Positions 63,523 through 64,000 of a stretch of DNA of 64,000 nucleotides are shown here, in pieces. The notes beneath the pieces are model-generated. The model searched no databases. It was not told the DNA's origin and saw only the letters and a program-made list of their open reading frames with translations. A program made the translations under genes and the position numbers. Each line of letters opens with the position of its first letter. The stretch's first letter is position 1. The stretch spans positions 5,002 through 69,001 of the forward strand of contig JACRPM010000013.1 of the NCBI GenBank assembly GCA_016223205.1, in the 5' to 3' direction. This DNA comes from Candidatus Saganbacteria bacterium. Lineage in GTDB: Bacteria; Margulisbacteria; WOR-1; XYC2-FULL-46-14; WPAF01.

Positions 63523-64000
63523 TTATCCTCCTTTGACCTTAGCGATGATGGCATCCGCCATCTCTGATGTGCCGACGGCAGAAGGGTCGTCGCGGTGGGG
63601 TTTTAGATCGTAAGTCACGCTTTTTCCTTCGGCGATGACCGCAGCGACCGCGTTCTGGAGCTTCCGGGCGGCATCTTTTTCTCCCAGATAATCCAGCATC
63701 AAGACCGCAGAGAGTATCAAAGCCACCGGATTCACCTTATTCAATCCTTTATACTTGGGGGCGCTGCCGTGGATGGCCTCAAAAACTGCCAGGCCCTCGC
63801 CGATGTTGGCGCCGGGAGCCACGCCCAATCCACCGATCAGCCCCGCGCACAGGTCGGATAAGATATCGCCGTAGAGATTGGGCAGGCAGAGCACATCGTA
63901 AAGCTCCGGCTTCTGCACCAATTGCATGCACATGTTGTCGATGAGCCGTTCTTCGTATTCTATTTTCCCCTCATATCCCTTGGCCACTTCCCGCGCCGCG
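63523..64000 (-). CDS. Isocitrate/isopropylmalate dehydrogenase family, C-terminal part (runs off the window)
   Basis: [32 protein letters not shown]. Confidence 0.88.
   Translation of the reverse strand, partial: AAREVAKGYEGKIEYEERLIDNMCMQLVQKPELYDVLCLPNLYGDILSDLCAGLIGGLGVAPGANIGEGLAVFEAIHGSAPKYKGLNKVNPVALILSAVLMLDYLGEKDAARKLQNAVAAVIAEGKSVTYDLKPHRDDPSAVGTSEMADAIIAKVKGG

Overview
Bacterial chromosome segment of about 50% GC from a diderm organism. It may belong to an uncultured lineage such as Ca. Saganbacteria/WOR-1, but that is a low-confidence impression. The housekeeping backbone includes ndk, lemA, pepA, a complete phoB-phoR-pstSCAB-pstB-phoU locus with a Pho box, metG, tatD, pilC/pilin, an opp-type ABC system, gpmI, lpdA, gatCAB, sugar-nucleotide genes, tsaD, msrAB, trkHA, pabB, hppA and a partial icd. 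Main finding: a 27-bp bipartite motif TGAAAT-N16-(C/A)GA(T/A)A occurs 11 times by manual reading, with identical spacing, always just upstream of a compact gene slotted between housekeeping genes. These genes are orphans, two Mu Com-like zinc-finger genes, two degenerate methyltransferase-fold proteins, and a class II aldolase/class 3 FBPase pair plus a PPi-type PFK. Most of the proteins have Arg-rich, non-Sec N-termini. This looks like an undescribed alternative-sigma (sigma28-like or ECF-like) regulon, possibly of exported or stage-specific proteins, with a possible Com-type RNA-level switch. Also present: palindromic and heptamer repeats inserted in frame in essential genes, a four-helix-bundle cassette with terminal inverted repeats and a sigma54-type promoter, cassette-flanking duplications, many leaderless-looking housekeeping starts, a nucleotidyltransferase module and a low-GC restriction-modification pair. 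No rRNA, tRNA or CRISPR array was seen. Family assignments come from motif recognition only; no database search was run.
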